From: Wolbachia endosymbiont strain TRS of Brugia malayi
GTDB taxonomy: Bacteria > Pseudomonadota > Alphaproteobacteria > Rickettsiales > Anaplasmataceae
DNA length: 32,000 nucleotides
Assembly: GCF_000008385.1 (NCBI RefSeq)
Contig: NC_006833.1
Span: forward strand, 480,001-512,000
Direction: 5' to 3'
In this document: one piece after another, positions 8,152 to 16,756 of the stretch
How the letters are laid out: the number at the start of each line of letters is the position of its first letter
How positions within the stretch are numbered: the stretch's first letter is position 1
Program-made: the position numbers and the translations under genes
The notes under the pieces: generated by a model
What the model was told of the DNA's origin: nothing
Seen by the model: only the letters and a program-made list of their open reading frames with translations
Database searches by the model: none

Positions 8152-9061
8152 TCAGCGGTTTAAGAGAGATACTACTTCTTCTTTAAGTTGTACAATTTCA
8201 TCTTGAGAAAGATCAATAGTTCGAGATATGATATCAATTGATACACCTGCTTTAAGTAGATTCTTTACTACTTCAATTTTTCTTTCCTCCTTACTCTTTT
8301 CCTTACCAATTTTTAACCTTAATCTCTAGCATCATCAAGCTTCTGTGCAAGAATAGCTTTTTCATCATGAATACGCTTTATCTCTTGCTCATAAGCTATG
8401 AATTCTTTTTCTGACTAATTGAATTTATTTAGTTCTTCATATACTTTCTTGATTATTATATCACTTCCTATTATTCTTTCCAACTCCCTTTTACTGGTTT
8501 CCTCTGCATAATTGAAAAAGTAGACCCACTTTTCGACTATACTTTCTAGTTGGTCTTCCTTCGTTTTGGAAAATTTTGGCAATTTAACAAATGTAGAATA
8601 AAAATCTTTCAAGTCATGCTCATTAGTCTTTTTATCTCTGATAGTGTGCTTTAATTTATACTCAGACTTATTAGGAAATAGGATACAATCTGCTATAATA
8701 GTAAAGATCATTTCTTTAAGATCTTGGTATTGGTTGCCTTTATCAGCTTGTCTCGAATAGGCCCTAGCAGCATAGTATTGGGCACGTTTCTCAAAGCCTT
8801 TAGTTTTAGCAACTTACATTTTGACAACTACTTGCACCTCATTTTCATCTCTACAAGTACACCAACAATACTTTGCTTTTTAGAGGTAATCTCAGCATCT
8901 ATTATAGTGCTTAAAGCACTCTATGTTCTTTATTTAACTTTTGCCAGTAAAGACTAGGATATCATTGAGAAAGTGAATGAGAATATCCTTATTTTTTTCA
9001 GTATCAAAGATACGTTAAAAGCTACATCATTTTTTGGATCGAGAAATTTAGAAAAAGCCAT
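8152..9061 (-). pseudogene. PD-(D/E)XK nuclease family transposase-like (Rpn/YhgA-like) pseudogene
   Basis: Minus-strand translation from the ATG at 9061: MAFSKFLDPKNDVAFKRIFDTEKNKDILIHFLNDIL then stops; later ...FEKRAQYYAARAYSRQADKGNQYQDLKEMIFTII... (ORF 8415-8711); C-terminal piece KIGKEKSKEERKIEVVKNLLKAGVSIDIISRTIDLSQDEIVQLK. Multiple stops and frameshifts. Confidence 0.7.
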
Positions 9062-9183
9062 AATAAATACAATCAAGAGGTGTTAATAATTATATATTAC
9101 TCTATATAAATTTTAACTTTCTTATGTTTTAAATTGTTGTCTCACGATTCTTTCGAGAAAATAAGATGTGTTAAACGTAGAAA

Positions 9184-9836
9184 AGCAGCAGGTCTTGTGA
9201 TGCACTTAAGCCTTTTTGCTTGAATATTGAGGCCAAGTAATACCTCCTCTATTAATGGGTTGACAAAAAACCATCCTCCCATATTTTTTGGCTCTTCTTG
9301 ACACCATATAATTTCAGCGTTTTCATATTTTTCAAGTTCAATGCTTAGCTTATCAGCAGGAAATGGATAAAATTGCTCCAATCGTACCACTGCTATATCG
9401 TTTATTTTTTGTACTTCACATGCCTCAATTATGTCGTAATAAACTTTACCACCGCATATTATAACTTTACGCATTTTGTCATCTAAAACTAAATTCTTCC
9501 TATATTCTGGAATTATCGTAAGGAATCCACCTTTAAAGTCAGATAGATTAGAAACTGCTCTTTTATGACGCAATAGCGATTTAGGTGTAAACACTATCAA
9601 AGGTTTACGGAAGTCTCGATGAATTTGCCTGCGTAAAACATGAAAGTAATTCGCTGGAGTAGAGCAATTAACTACTTGCATATTATCTTCCGCGCAGAGT
9701 TGTAAAAACCTCTCTATACGCGCAGAGCTATGCTCAGGTCCCTGACCTTCATAGCCATGAGGCAGCAATAAAACCAAACCACTTGATCGTAACCACTTTG
9801 TTTCTGCAGACGCAATAAACTGGTCGATCATAATTT
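9184..9836 (-). pseudogene. sucA: truncated duplicate of the 3' part of sucA (653 bp, identical by eye to 23441-24093)
   Basis: Line-by-line comparison shows no mismatch between 9184-9836 and 23441-24093 (offset 14,257). ORF 9142-9831 equals SucA residues MIDQFIASAE...ITRPAA, then a novel 13-aa tail. It lacks about 1.9 kb of 5' coding sequence and the last 75 nt. Confidence 0.9.
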
Positions 9837-10140
9837 TCGTTTGCTCCTAAATTGCTTCAGCTACAAATATTTAGAAAATTTGCCAAGCAAAAAAAGATAA
9901 AAAACCCGTAGTAGCTAGTTACTAACTCTTTATTTTAAAAATTTGACGTTGGTTGATGTCTTAACGCTTTATAAGTACGTCTCAGCTTATATAGGTAAGA
10001 ACTTAGATTTATAAAGACATAAGGTGCACGTGCAAAAATACAAGACTCTCTTGTCATTTTAACCTGCACAGGTTGGAAATTATATAAAACAGCTCTAATG
10101 CCATGATAAGAGAGCTGGTAAAGTGTGTCAAGTAATTTTT
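9837..10140 (-). repeat. dispersed composite repeat, copy E (reverse orientation), abutting the sucA fragment
   Basis: The reverse complement carries attacTTGACA (10131-10126), TATCAT (10108-10103), the hairpin AACCTGTGCAGGTT (10061-10074), the core ...ttgcacgtgcaccttatgtc...cctatataagctgag...ttataaagcg, a T tract (about 9889-9904) and aaatatttgtagctgaag (about 9850-9870). Confidence 0.75.
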
Positions 10141-10218
10141 TGTATTTCTTATAAGCTACTTGAATCTTGGTTTATCAAATCGCAACATTCGTGCAGCTGT
10201 TGTTGATAGCCTACAATG

Positions 10219-11130
10219 TCAATGTTTAAGTATCTTGTTATCTGCACACTCATCATGTTCAATCTCAACTGTGGAGTGCGCTATTTCAAACCTATCTAGT
10301 AGTATTTTTTTTATTTCATACAAAATATCAGTGCGTTGTGTATTTTCCTTTACCTTGGCATGCATAGTAATTATAAAATAATTATCAGAAAGTGACCACG
10401 CATGTATATGGTGTACATCTACCACTTCAGGTAGTTCAGATATGATCTTACTTTTTATCTCCTCAGTAGATATACCTTCAGGTGCACCTTCAAGAAGTAT
10501 ATGACAAGAATTCTTTAGGATTTTATAGCCGCTATTTAGGATTATCACACTGACAAATATCGATAAAATTGGATCCACTATTTGCCATCCAGTAAGCATG
10601 ATAATTATTGATGCAAGTATAGCAGCCACAGAACCTAAAATATCTCCTATAACGTGCAGTACAGCACTCCTTATGTTTATATTATTTTCGCATTTACCAT
10701 GTAATATGAAAAAGACTACGATATTAGCAACCAGTCCAAGTGTGGCTATTATTAACATAATTTTCCACTCAATATTGATTGGAAAAATAAATCTCTTTAC
10801 CGACTCAATTATAATGATCACTGCAATGAGGAATAAAGTTAAACCATTAACAAACGCTGCAATTATCTGCAGTCTGTGATATCCATATGACCTTTGCAAA
10901 TCAGATTTCTTGGCTGAAAATTTATGCGCTATCCAGCTTAAGGCCAAGGCAAAGAGGTCAGTAAGCATATGCCCTGCATCTGATAACAGAGCTAGTGAAT
11001 GTGAAATTATTCCGCCTGCTATTTCCGTAAACATTGTTATTGCAACTATTATTATGGAATAGATTAAGCGCTTAGACTCTGCTGCTGAATGTTTGCCGTT
11101 GTGCACTGCTGTCATGTGAAATCTTTTCAT
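10219..11130 (-). CDS. cation diffusion facilitator (CDF) family divalent-metal efflux transporter
   Basis: SHSLALLSDAGHMLTDLFALALSW, YGYHRLQIIAAFVNG and AVLHVIGDILGSV are typical CDF TM2/TM5 metal-site motifs. I trimmed the start to the ATG at 11130 (or 11115) because the longer track ORF (to 11184) runs through the tRNA-Val gene. Confidence 0.85.
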   Translation of the reverse strand: MKRFHMTAVHNGKHSAAESKRLIYSIIIVAITMFTEIAGGIISHSLALLSDAGHMLTDLFALALSWIAHKFSAKKSDLQRSYGYHRLQIIAAFVNGLTLFLIAVIIIIESVKRFIFPINIEWKIMLIIATLGLVANIVVFFILHGKCENNINIRSAVLHVIGDILGSVAAILASIIIMLTGWQIVDPILSIFVSVIILNSGYKILKNSCHILLEGAPEGISTEEIKSKIISELPEVVDVHHIHAWSLSDNYFIITMHAKVKENTQRTDILYEIKKILLDRFEIAHSTVEIEHDECADNKILKH

Positions 11131-11142
11131 GAACAAAAAACG

Positions 11143-11215
11143 TGGGTAACACTGGGTTCGAACCAGCGACCGCTTGCACGTCAAGCAAGTGCTCTACCAA
11201 CTGAGCTAATTACCC
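11143..11215 (-). tRNA. tRNA-Val (anticodon GAC)
   Basis: The reverse complement is GGGTAATTAGCTCAGTTGGTAGAGCACTTGCTTGACGTGCAAGCGGTCGCTGGTTCGAACCCAGTGTTACCCA. It folds as a cloverleaf: 7-bp acceptor stem, GCTC/GAGC D stem, CTTGC/GCAAG anticodon stem with loop TTGACGT, T loop TTCGAAC. CCA is not encoded. Confidence 0.9.
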
Positions 11216-11474
11216 ATCATGGTTTTAGTATAGTGCTTCAGCGGGACAAAAGTCAATTTGCTTTTAAATTTTTGTCCTTGTCACTTTATCCAATACAATG
11301 CCAGAATTTAGCTGTAGCTAAATCATAAAGCTTTAGTTATACTCCATATTTTACATATCAAATTAACTACTTATATCTTTTTGTTAAGATGAAAATTATA
11401 CCAGTATGGAAATTTACTCTTTTTTAGAGAGATCACGTTAAGATTGAAACATACATTTAAAAATCAAACATGAA

Positions 11475-13928
11475 ATGGAGGGTAAAATGTCCAATTATAT
11501 ACAAAATAGCGGAACTAGAGTTATAAGAGACGAATTACAAGCAACAGGTAAGGTCAGAGAAAACGAAGATCAACCTGTTGAAAATATAAAGATCACAAAT
11601 GACCATGCTTTCTACAAACTCATTTGTGAAAAACTAGTCCAAGGGGACTTTTCGGTGGAGCAGTTTAATTTGCTACACTATGATATCTCTGAGAAGATGA
11701 TAGAAAAACCTTTTACTATTAAGGAAATAAATGACTTCTGTGAGAAAAATGATATTCCTTTGTTCACGGTAAACGAGTTACTTACTCTTGTGCCAAAAGA
11801 CGACATAAAGTGTTACGTAGACTATGAAACAGATTCAGTAAGAAATCATGATCACGGATATATTGCTGATCAGATTAATATCAAAGCTTCATATATAAAG
11901 GCAGATTTAGTTAACCATCAAAGTTATCAAGATTATATTACGGACTCAGATACGTATTATGGATTTATATATAAAAAGCTTATTGTATCAGATGCTCTTG
12001 AAAAGCTCGAGAGAGGCGAAACTGAGGCACAAATAAGAGAAAGTCTTGGTAATATCAATAGAAAAGAAATCAAGGAGTTGTTAGAAAAGGTTCCTCAAGG
12101 GAGCCTCAAAGAATGGCTCAGTGATCCAGCGAATAAAGGATATACAGACGTGGAATATCATGTGTTATACGAAAAAATCTCTGAAGAGCTTGTGCATACT
12201 AGTATGAGTATTAATCGGATTAAGGAGATATATGATAAGTATGGTATAGTACCTCCAACAGAGAGTGAATTCGAAAGTCTGAAAAAAGTACAGGGAGAAA
12301 AGAGATCTATTGAATATCATGAGCAAAAAACAGGTTTAACATTCCAGGGTAGGATAAATCTAAACGTTACTGATAATAATGCTGATAATGAGTTTAGCCT
12401 AAACATTGACCTATTTCAGAACAAAAATTTTGAAGATCTTACCGATCAAAATGGTGATGGTGTTATTAATAATGAAGGTCTCCTAAAATCATTAGAAGAC
12501 ACTGTGAAGACGTTCAATGAAGTCTTTGGAATAAAAAAAGATAATAATCCACTTCTAGTATATGGAAACATTGCTAACTTTAGACTGTTCTTGTTTGAAA
12601 GTAAGGAAAGCTACCAAAAATATTTAAGTGGCGATCATGATGCTCATATACCAGGCGGTGGTGTAGCACAATTCTCTGACAATAACTATATTAGTAATAT
12701 GTATTCTCATGCTGAAAACGCTAGAAGTGATTTTAACGGTGATAAAGAAGGGAATTGCAAGGATTATAACTACGTCATCAAGCATGAACTTGTCCATGCG
12801 TTAACGTTCTATTTAACTTCTAAGCTGGATCTTGGCAAAGTTTTAATGGAAGGGTTAGCAGAATACGTAACACACTTAACAGAAGGAGAAAAACCAGCTG
12901 ATTTTGCAAAACTCGTTGGTGAGGAATATAAGGAACATACCTTAGAGGAGATAATCAAAGGAGCTGTTGATCCTTATCAGACAGGAGCAGCAATTATTGC
13001 ATATATTGAAGAGACTTATCCAAATTTTATTGATAACCTGCTCTATGCAGCAACAGAAGATAGGAAAACTCTGAATGGTCGTTTTTACTTCAAGGAAATG
13101 ATGCAAAAGATTTACCAAAGCGAAGAAGACAAAATTCAAAAAGGAGAAGGGTTTTCTAATTGGGTAAAAACCTACTCAAGCGCGGAAAATATAACTATTG
13201 AGCCTGGCCATGCTCAACATGAGCAACAAGCAGTAGGTAACGAAAAAGATGAAGCGCAGTCTTATAGTTCAAAAGGACAAGTAAGTGAAGATAGAACTGA
13301 AGTCCATCCTACTGGTTCATTTCGTGGCTTAGAAGTACCTAAGAAACCAGTAATACATGAACAAAATAAAGGGCAAGAAAACATTGTTCTAAAAGACACA
13401 ATCCTCAAAATAGAAAAAAGTTATGAGCGAGATTCAGAGGGAAAGCATAAGGCAAATGTAATCATAGATTATTATGACATGAAAGCCTTGTATGATAGAG
13501 TTGCTGGAGCGAAAAAGCAATCTGTGTTAAAGTTTTGGAATAAATTGGCTGAATCAGAATATAAGGTTGGTGCTTTGTCAGAAGACAAATACTACTTTAA
13601 AGATGGTAAGTTCGTAATTCATGATAGTAACGAGAAAAAGCTTGTAGTGTTACCTGAAGATAAAGTATCGATCAAGATAATGAAGGATGGGAACCATTAT
13701 GATTTAGCTATATCTAATAAGGAGGGTAAGGTAATAAGTAGTATTACTAAAATAGACAACTTAAACTATGAGTTGCTATTAGATATAAGTGATTTCAGCT
13801 TGGAAGCACAAGATAGCACTACGTTTTCAGATCAACACAATGAATATGATCTTTACCTAGAAAATGGCTTAGTGAAAATGTTTGATTGTGCGAGCGATCA
13901 TATTTACCATGATCATAGCTTAATCTAA
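11475..13928 (+). CDS. large orphan protein with a gluzincin metalloprotease signature (HEXXH plus EGLAEY; collagenase M9-like / Peptidase_MA-like core)
   Basis: 817-aa ORF. HELVH at 12783-12797 and MEGLAEY at 12846-12866. Upstream context FRLFLFESKESYQKYL...GGGVAQF resembles M9 catalytic-domain order. The likely true start is the ATG at 11487, with GGAGG at 11477-11481 five nt upstream. A terminator hairpin lies just downstream. Confidence 0.7.
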   Translation: MEGKMSNYIQNSGTRVIRDELQATGKVRENEDQPVENIKITNDHAFYKLICEKLVQGDFSVEQFNLLHYDISEKMIEKPFTIKEINDFCEKNDIPLFTVNELLTLVPKDDIKCYVDYETDSVRNHDHGYIADQINIKASYIKADLVNHQSYQDYITDSDTYYGFIYKKLIVSDALEKLERGETEAQIRESLGNINRKEIKELLEKVPQGSLKEWLSDPANKGYTDVEYHVLYEKISEELVHTSMSINRIKEIYDKYGIVPPTESEFESLKKVQGEKRSIEYHEQKTGLTFQGRINLNVTDNNADNEFSLNIDLFQNKNFEDLTDQNGDGVINNEGLLKSLEDTVKTFNEVFGIKKDNNPLLVYGNIANFRLFLFESKESYQKYLSGDHDAHIPGGGVAQFSDNNYISNMYSHAENARSDFNGDKEGNCKDYNYVIKHELVHALTFYLTSKLDLGKVLMEGLAEYVTHLTEGEKPADFAKLVGEEYKEHTLEEIIKGAVDPYQTGAAIIAYIEETYPNFIDNLLYAATEDRKTLNGRFYFKEMMQKIYQSEEDKIQKGEGFSNWVKTYSSAENITIEPGHAQHEQQAVGNEKDEAQSYSSKGQVSEDRTEVHPTGSFRGLEVPKKPVIHEQNKGQENIVLKDTILKIEKSYERDSEGKHKANVIIDYYDMKALYDRVAGAKKQSVLKFWNKLAESEYKVGALSEDKYYFKDGKFVIHDSNEKKLVVLPEDKVSIKIMKDGNHYDLAISNKEGKVISSITKIDNLNYELLLDISDFSLEAQDSTTFSDQHNEYDLYLENGLVKMFDCASDHIYHDHSLI

Positions 13929-13939
13929 CAAACACATAA

Positions 13940-13970
13940 AGAGTTGCTGCTTGAATGCAGTAGCTCTTTG
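13940..13970 (+). terminator. stem-loop terminator candidate for the 817-aa gene
   Basis: AGAGTTGCTGC (13940-13950), TTGAAT loop, GCAGTAGCTCT (13957-13967). This is an 11-bp stem with two G.U pairs that form only in the plus-strand transcript. The following U tract is weak (TTTG). Confidence 0.45.
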
Positions 13971-14037
13971 ATGTATATGAAGTTTACTATGTAATATTAG
14001 ATATAAATTATTATAAAACCACACACTTTTTTTGATA

Positions 14038-14934
14038 CTAGCAAGGCCTATAATAGTGCAGCACTGCTTTGCGTATTGCCAGTCCAAATTCCACCTGTTG
14101 TAAAATAATATGATCTGTTATATCACTGCTAATTTCAATCCCTCTATTTATTGGCCCTGGGTGCATAACAATTGCATTTGATTTTGCACATAACAACTTT
14201 TGTGAATCAAGCCCATACAAATAGAAATATTCCCTATTTGAAGGAATAAAACAACCACTATTCATGCGCTCTTTCTGTAATCTCAGAAGCATAATTACAT
14301 CGGCATCTTTTATACCCTCAATTAATGAATAATAGATTGAATCTACCTCAGGAAAATGTTTGCAAATTAAAGTTGGCGGTGCAACCAAGCATATTTTTGC
14401 TCCAAACATTTTTAGCAATCTTATATTTGATCTTGCAACTCTGCTGTGCAAAATATCTCCACATATAACAATTTTGAGATTTTTTATTTGCTTTTTATGA
14501 CTACTGATTACAAAATAATCTGCAAGAGCCTGAGTTGGGTGTTCACTGCTTCCATCACCTGCATTAATTAGCAAACAACTAACATGCTTAGCCAGCATGT
14601 TCACAATGCCGCTGCTTTTTTGCCTAACCACTATATAGTCAGGGTTCATTGCATTTAACGTTTTTATCATATCCGTCAAATCCTCCCCTTTATTAATAGA
14701 AGAAGATTTTACTGGCAAGGTTACAACGTTTGCTCCAAGGCTTTTGGCTGCCATTTCAAAAGACGTAAGTGTACGTGTTGAATCTTCAAAGAATAAATTT
14801 ATTACTGTTTTATTTTCCAAGATACGACCATTTGCAGCCTTATTTTCTAGATATTGTCCAGCCAATTCAATTATATTTCCCACATCATTGACTGTGAAAT
14901 CTAGAACACTTAGCAAATCCTTTCTATTACTCAT
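14038..14934 (-). CDS. pyrB: aspartate carbamoyltransferase catalytic subunit
   Basis: FFEDSTRTLTSFEMAAKSLGA (STRT carbamoyl-phosphate site), SEHPTQALAD and HPGPINRG motifs. 298 aa. Confidence 0.9.
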   Translation of the reverse strand: MSNRKDLLSVLDFTVNDVGNIIELAGQYLENKAANGRILENKTVINLFFEDSTRTLTSFEMAAKSLGANVVTLPVKSSSINKGEDLTDMIKTLNAMNPDYIVVRQKSSGIVNMLAKHVSCLLINAGDGSSEHPTQALADYFVISSHKKQIKNLKIVICGDILHSRVARSNIRLLKMFGAKICLVAPPTLICKHFPEVDSIYYSLIEGIKDADVIMLLRLQKERMNSGCFIPSNREYFYLYGLDSQKLLCAKSNAIVMHPGPINRGIEISSDITDHIILQQVEFGLAIRKAVLHYYRPC

Positions 14935-15704
14935 AGTTTCTTTTAATATACAATTGCGATTTAATCTATTCTACTTTTTTACTACTTTTTTTTCAATAAG
15001 CTTCTTGCGCAACAATTGTTTTAGCTCAGCCTATAGATATTGCATTAAAACAAAAACTGGTATTAATCGATAGTTAGTACTCTACTTTTATCATAGTCAT
15101 TATACCAGTAGTGAGTGAGGCTCAAAATGGTCAAAAAAAACTGAAGAAAAAGGTGAACAACTCGATCTAAAAAGCAAAATACTAAACTACCTGCCATGAA
15201 AAACAACGCCAACAGAGGAAAAGTAAAAAAGAAAGTATACAACCAGATCGTTTAGAGAAATTTTTGGTCGAAGCTGGCATTATTGCAATAAGAATTAGTG
15301 TTATTGCAGTTGGTTTTCTCCTCAGAAGACCAATTGGTGGTGCAGTCGCTATCGGTCTTATAGTTGTTCGATTCTATATCAAATGGCAAGCTTATTACAA
15401 GGAATAGCAAAAGAATTGAGTGTAGGTTATTATGCACTCAATTGGGTAAAAGATAAAATACTAGATGCAGGAAAATGAGGAGTAGACAAGGTAAGAAATT
15501 CTGAAAAAATAATTGAGAAAAAGTCAATATATAACTTTAAAAATCCTGCCTATTCTCCTAACATAAAGTCAAAGAGTGGTGAAAAAGAAGTTGATTATAA
15601 AACAAGAATACTGAAAGACAGATTGTAGGTGCTTTTATTAAAAAAGAGGTAGAAAAAGCTTTTTAAACAATATTAAAATTTAAGTAGATGCTATGCTGTA
15701 GATT

Positions 15705-16135
15705 AAATAAAACCACTTAATAAACCTCGCTAGCCCATCCTATTAATCATGATGCTGAAGGTATTCAGTTATCTTCAATCTGTGCAGATTAAAATGACAA
15801 AGTATTACATAGTTGGCGTCTTGTGTTTTATTTTTTGCACTATATGTACCTTATGTCTTCATAACATTTTTAAGTTTTTACCTATATAAGCTGAAACTCG
15901 CTTGTAAAGCGTTTAAGACAGTATAATATGCCAATTTGCAGGATTAGAGGGTAAACACTATCTACCACTGGATATCTTTTGCTTTTTTTATTTATTAAAT
16001 TTTTTAATATTTATAGCTACCGTCATTTTGCTGCTTGTTAGCGGGATCTAGAGATGCCTAGAATGAATTGCAGTATGATAAACTGCGCCCAGCGTCACGC
16101 AATGGAATAACACCTTCTTGGTGGATTAAAATCAC
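15705..16135 (+). repeat. dispersed composite repeat, copy B (module 1 complete, module 2 truncated)
   Basis: aaccacttaataaacctcgctagccc..., hairpin AATCTGTGCAGATT at 15777-15790, core ttgcactatatgtaccttatgtcttc...cctatataagctgaaactcgcttgtaaagcgtttaagacagtataatatgccaatttgcaggattagag, T tract at 15983-15989. The -35 position is decayed (cTTAATA). Confidence 0.85.
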
Positions 16136-16327
16136 AGTGTTTATACAGGTGTATTAGAGCATAGAGATACAAAACCCTTTTATGTAAAATCAATCTACAG
16201 AATTTATATCTTAAGCCTTATGGTTATTTTTTTACTATGAATGACCTTTTCATGTATAATAATATTTGAAATTGATATTAATTAAATTAAAATATTGGTA
16301 AATAATCAACCTAAAGCCTTAATATAC

Positions 16328-16367
16328 TAATATCATATAATTATTTAGTACAACTTATATGATATTA
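16328..16367. promoter_or_regulatory. 13-bp perfect inverted repeat (candidate operator) upstream of the XRE regulator
   Basis: TAATATCATATAA (16328-16340), a 14-nt spacer, TTATATGATATTA (16355-16367). It lies 63-102 nt upstream of the ATG at 16430. Confidence 0.3.
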
Positions 16368-16429
16368 ATACTTTGAGATATCAAATTTATGTTGTAATGT
16401 TTTACAAAGCTTTTGATAGGTGAGTGTAT

Positions 16430-16729
16430 ATGGAAATAATATCATTAAACAATAACTCGTGCAGTGTAGAAATAAAAAAGAAGCTGCTCAGTATAATAAC
16501 TAAAGTTATAGAAAAAAACACTTGGACTCAAGCTCATGCCGCCGAGAGACTAGGTGTTGATCAGCCAAAGATATCGCAAATTAAAAATGGCAAAACAGAT
16601 GGTTTTTCTTTAGAACGACTGTTAGGGTTTCTCAAGAAATTCGACCATGAGATAACAATTACGATAACAGAAAGTCAAGCAGTAAAACCTGAAACAGAAA
16701 AGGTTAAACGTGAAGTTGGATCTCCATAG
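16430..16729 (+). CDS. XRE-family helix-turn-helix transcriptional regulator (antitoxin-like HTH_37 type), no partner gene
   Basis: WTQAHAAERLGVDQPKISQIKNGKTDGFSLERLLGFLKKFDHEITITI matches the XRE/HigA-like HTH pattern. AGGTGA at 16418-16423 favours the ATG at 16430 over the GTG at 16424 used in the track. Confidence 0.75.
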   Translation: MEIISLNNNSCSVEIKKKLLSIITKVIEKNTWTQAHAAERLGVDQPKISQIKNGKTDGFSLERLLGFLKKFDHEITITITESQAVKPETEKVKREVGSP

Positions 16730-16731
16730 GC

Positions 16732-16756
16732 ACAAAGTTGACACTTTGTTTTTTTT
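16732..16756 (+). terminator. rho-independent terminator of the XRE gene
   Basis: ACAAAGT (16732-16738), TGAC loop, ACTTTGT (16743-16749), followed by T7 (16750-16756). It starts 3 nt after the stop codon. Confidence 0.6.

Noticed and set aside
11131-11184. N-terminal 18 codons of track ORF 10219-11184 (MTCKRSLVRTQCYPRFLF)
   Set aside because: This extension reads through the tRNA-Val gene (11143-11215). The CDF protein most likely starts at the ATG at 11130 or 11115.
15075-15700. Possible degraded membrane-protein gene on the plus strand (for example LVEAGIIAIRISVIAVGFLLRRPIGGAVAIGLIVVRFYIKWQAYYKE, about 15264-15410) and the antisense ORF 15252-15437
   Set aside because: Only short, stop-interrupted frames with no recognisable family. 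It is probably a remnant, but I cannot support a call. The 61-aa minus ORF has no RBS or motif.
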